Shown here piece by piece: positions 63,467 to 64,000 of a stretch of 64,000 nucleotides of DNA (positions are counted from its first letter, which is position 1; each line of letters starts with the position of its first letter). The DNA is from Bispira polyomma (lineage: Eukaryota). The DNA lies in contig OZ287757.1 of assembly GCA_965649765.1 (NCBI GenBank), positions 27,280,001 through 27,344,000 on the forward strand, written 5' to 3'. Below the pieces are notes generated by a model that saw only the letters and a list, made by a program, of their open reading frames with translations, did no database searches and had not been told where the DNA came from. Made by a program: the position numbers and the translations under genes.

Positions 63467-64000
63467 GGGCTGGTATTCATAAAAAGTCTCAAACTCAAAC
63501 TCAATCTCAAACTTAAATATAATCCTAATATATAGGTTATAAAACCTATATTTGAGCTTCTACTCAAACTCAAATTAAATACCTATTCTTAAAGAAGCCT
63601 ATGCTCAAACTCAAACTTAAACTCACTTATAATCCCTAAAAATAGGGATTATATTTAAGTCTGCAAAGTAGGTGAACTTAAATATTTAAGTTTTGTCAAG
63701 ATGGCTTCCCTTATGACAGAAGATATTGTGTATGAGAGGGCATTTCGTAGGGAAAGGGTGTTTAGGGACAGATTGAATCCACTGGATACTTTAACTGACG
63801 AAGAACTTTACCGTAGTTACATTTCACAAGACAGGGTATATATTTTCTTGTTGATTTTTTAAATGAACACTTCTGCAGGGGGACTAATAGGAACCACTCA
63901 GTGTCAGACTCTCTAGTTTTACTAACAGGACTGAATTTTTATTCAAATGGCTGTTTCCAAAGGGTAACAGCAGATTGCAGGGATTTGAACGTGTCGCAGG
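63467..64000 (+). mobile_element. PIF/Harbinger transposon 5' end with a HARBI1-like transposase start (ATG 63701, frameshifted)
   Basis: GGCTGGTATTCATAAA terminus and aaactc subterminal repeats. RRERVFRDRLNPLDTLTDEELY..FTRQGIYFL..TNRNHSV..LNFYSNGCFQ. Confidence 0.85.

Overview
AT-rich, intron- and repeat-rich animal genomic DNA, probably a marine invertebrate (lophotrochozoan-like; inferred only from the repeat repertoire). Host genes: (1) an 8-exon gene at 213-12400 (+) whose exons all splice in frame into about 636 aa with a ZU5(HFC)-UPA-like unit, a helical death-fold-like segment, a CARD and a C-terminal death-domain-like region, resembling the FIIND-CARD/PIDD/UNC5 class; (2) an orphan signal-peptide exon pair (24421-26234); (3) a small single-pass membrane protein gene (about 57595-62030+). 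The rest is decayed mobile DNA: four DIRS/Ngaro-type tyrosine-recombinase (YR) retrotransposons, L2 and L1/Tx1 LINEs, a LINE-ORF1-like pseudogene with zinc knuckle plus NADAR domain, tRNA-derived SINEs with target-site duplications (TSDs), Harbinger and hAT (ZNF862-like) remnants and a Gypsy remnant. An old tandem segmental duplication (about 17.4-32.6 kb vs 32.8-60.5 kb) carries different insertions in each copy. Best leads: the ZU5-UPA multi-death-fold protein; a conserved splice acceptor feeding the YR ORF, plus a -1 frameshift signal, in the DIRS-like elements; and the NADAR-bearing ORF1. All domain calls are by-eye motif recognition, not database searches.
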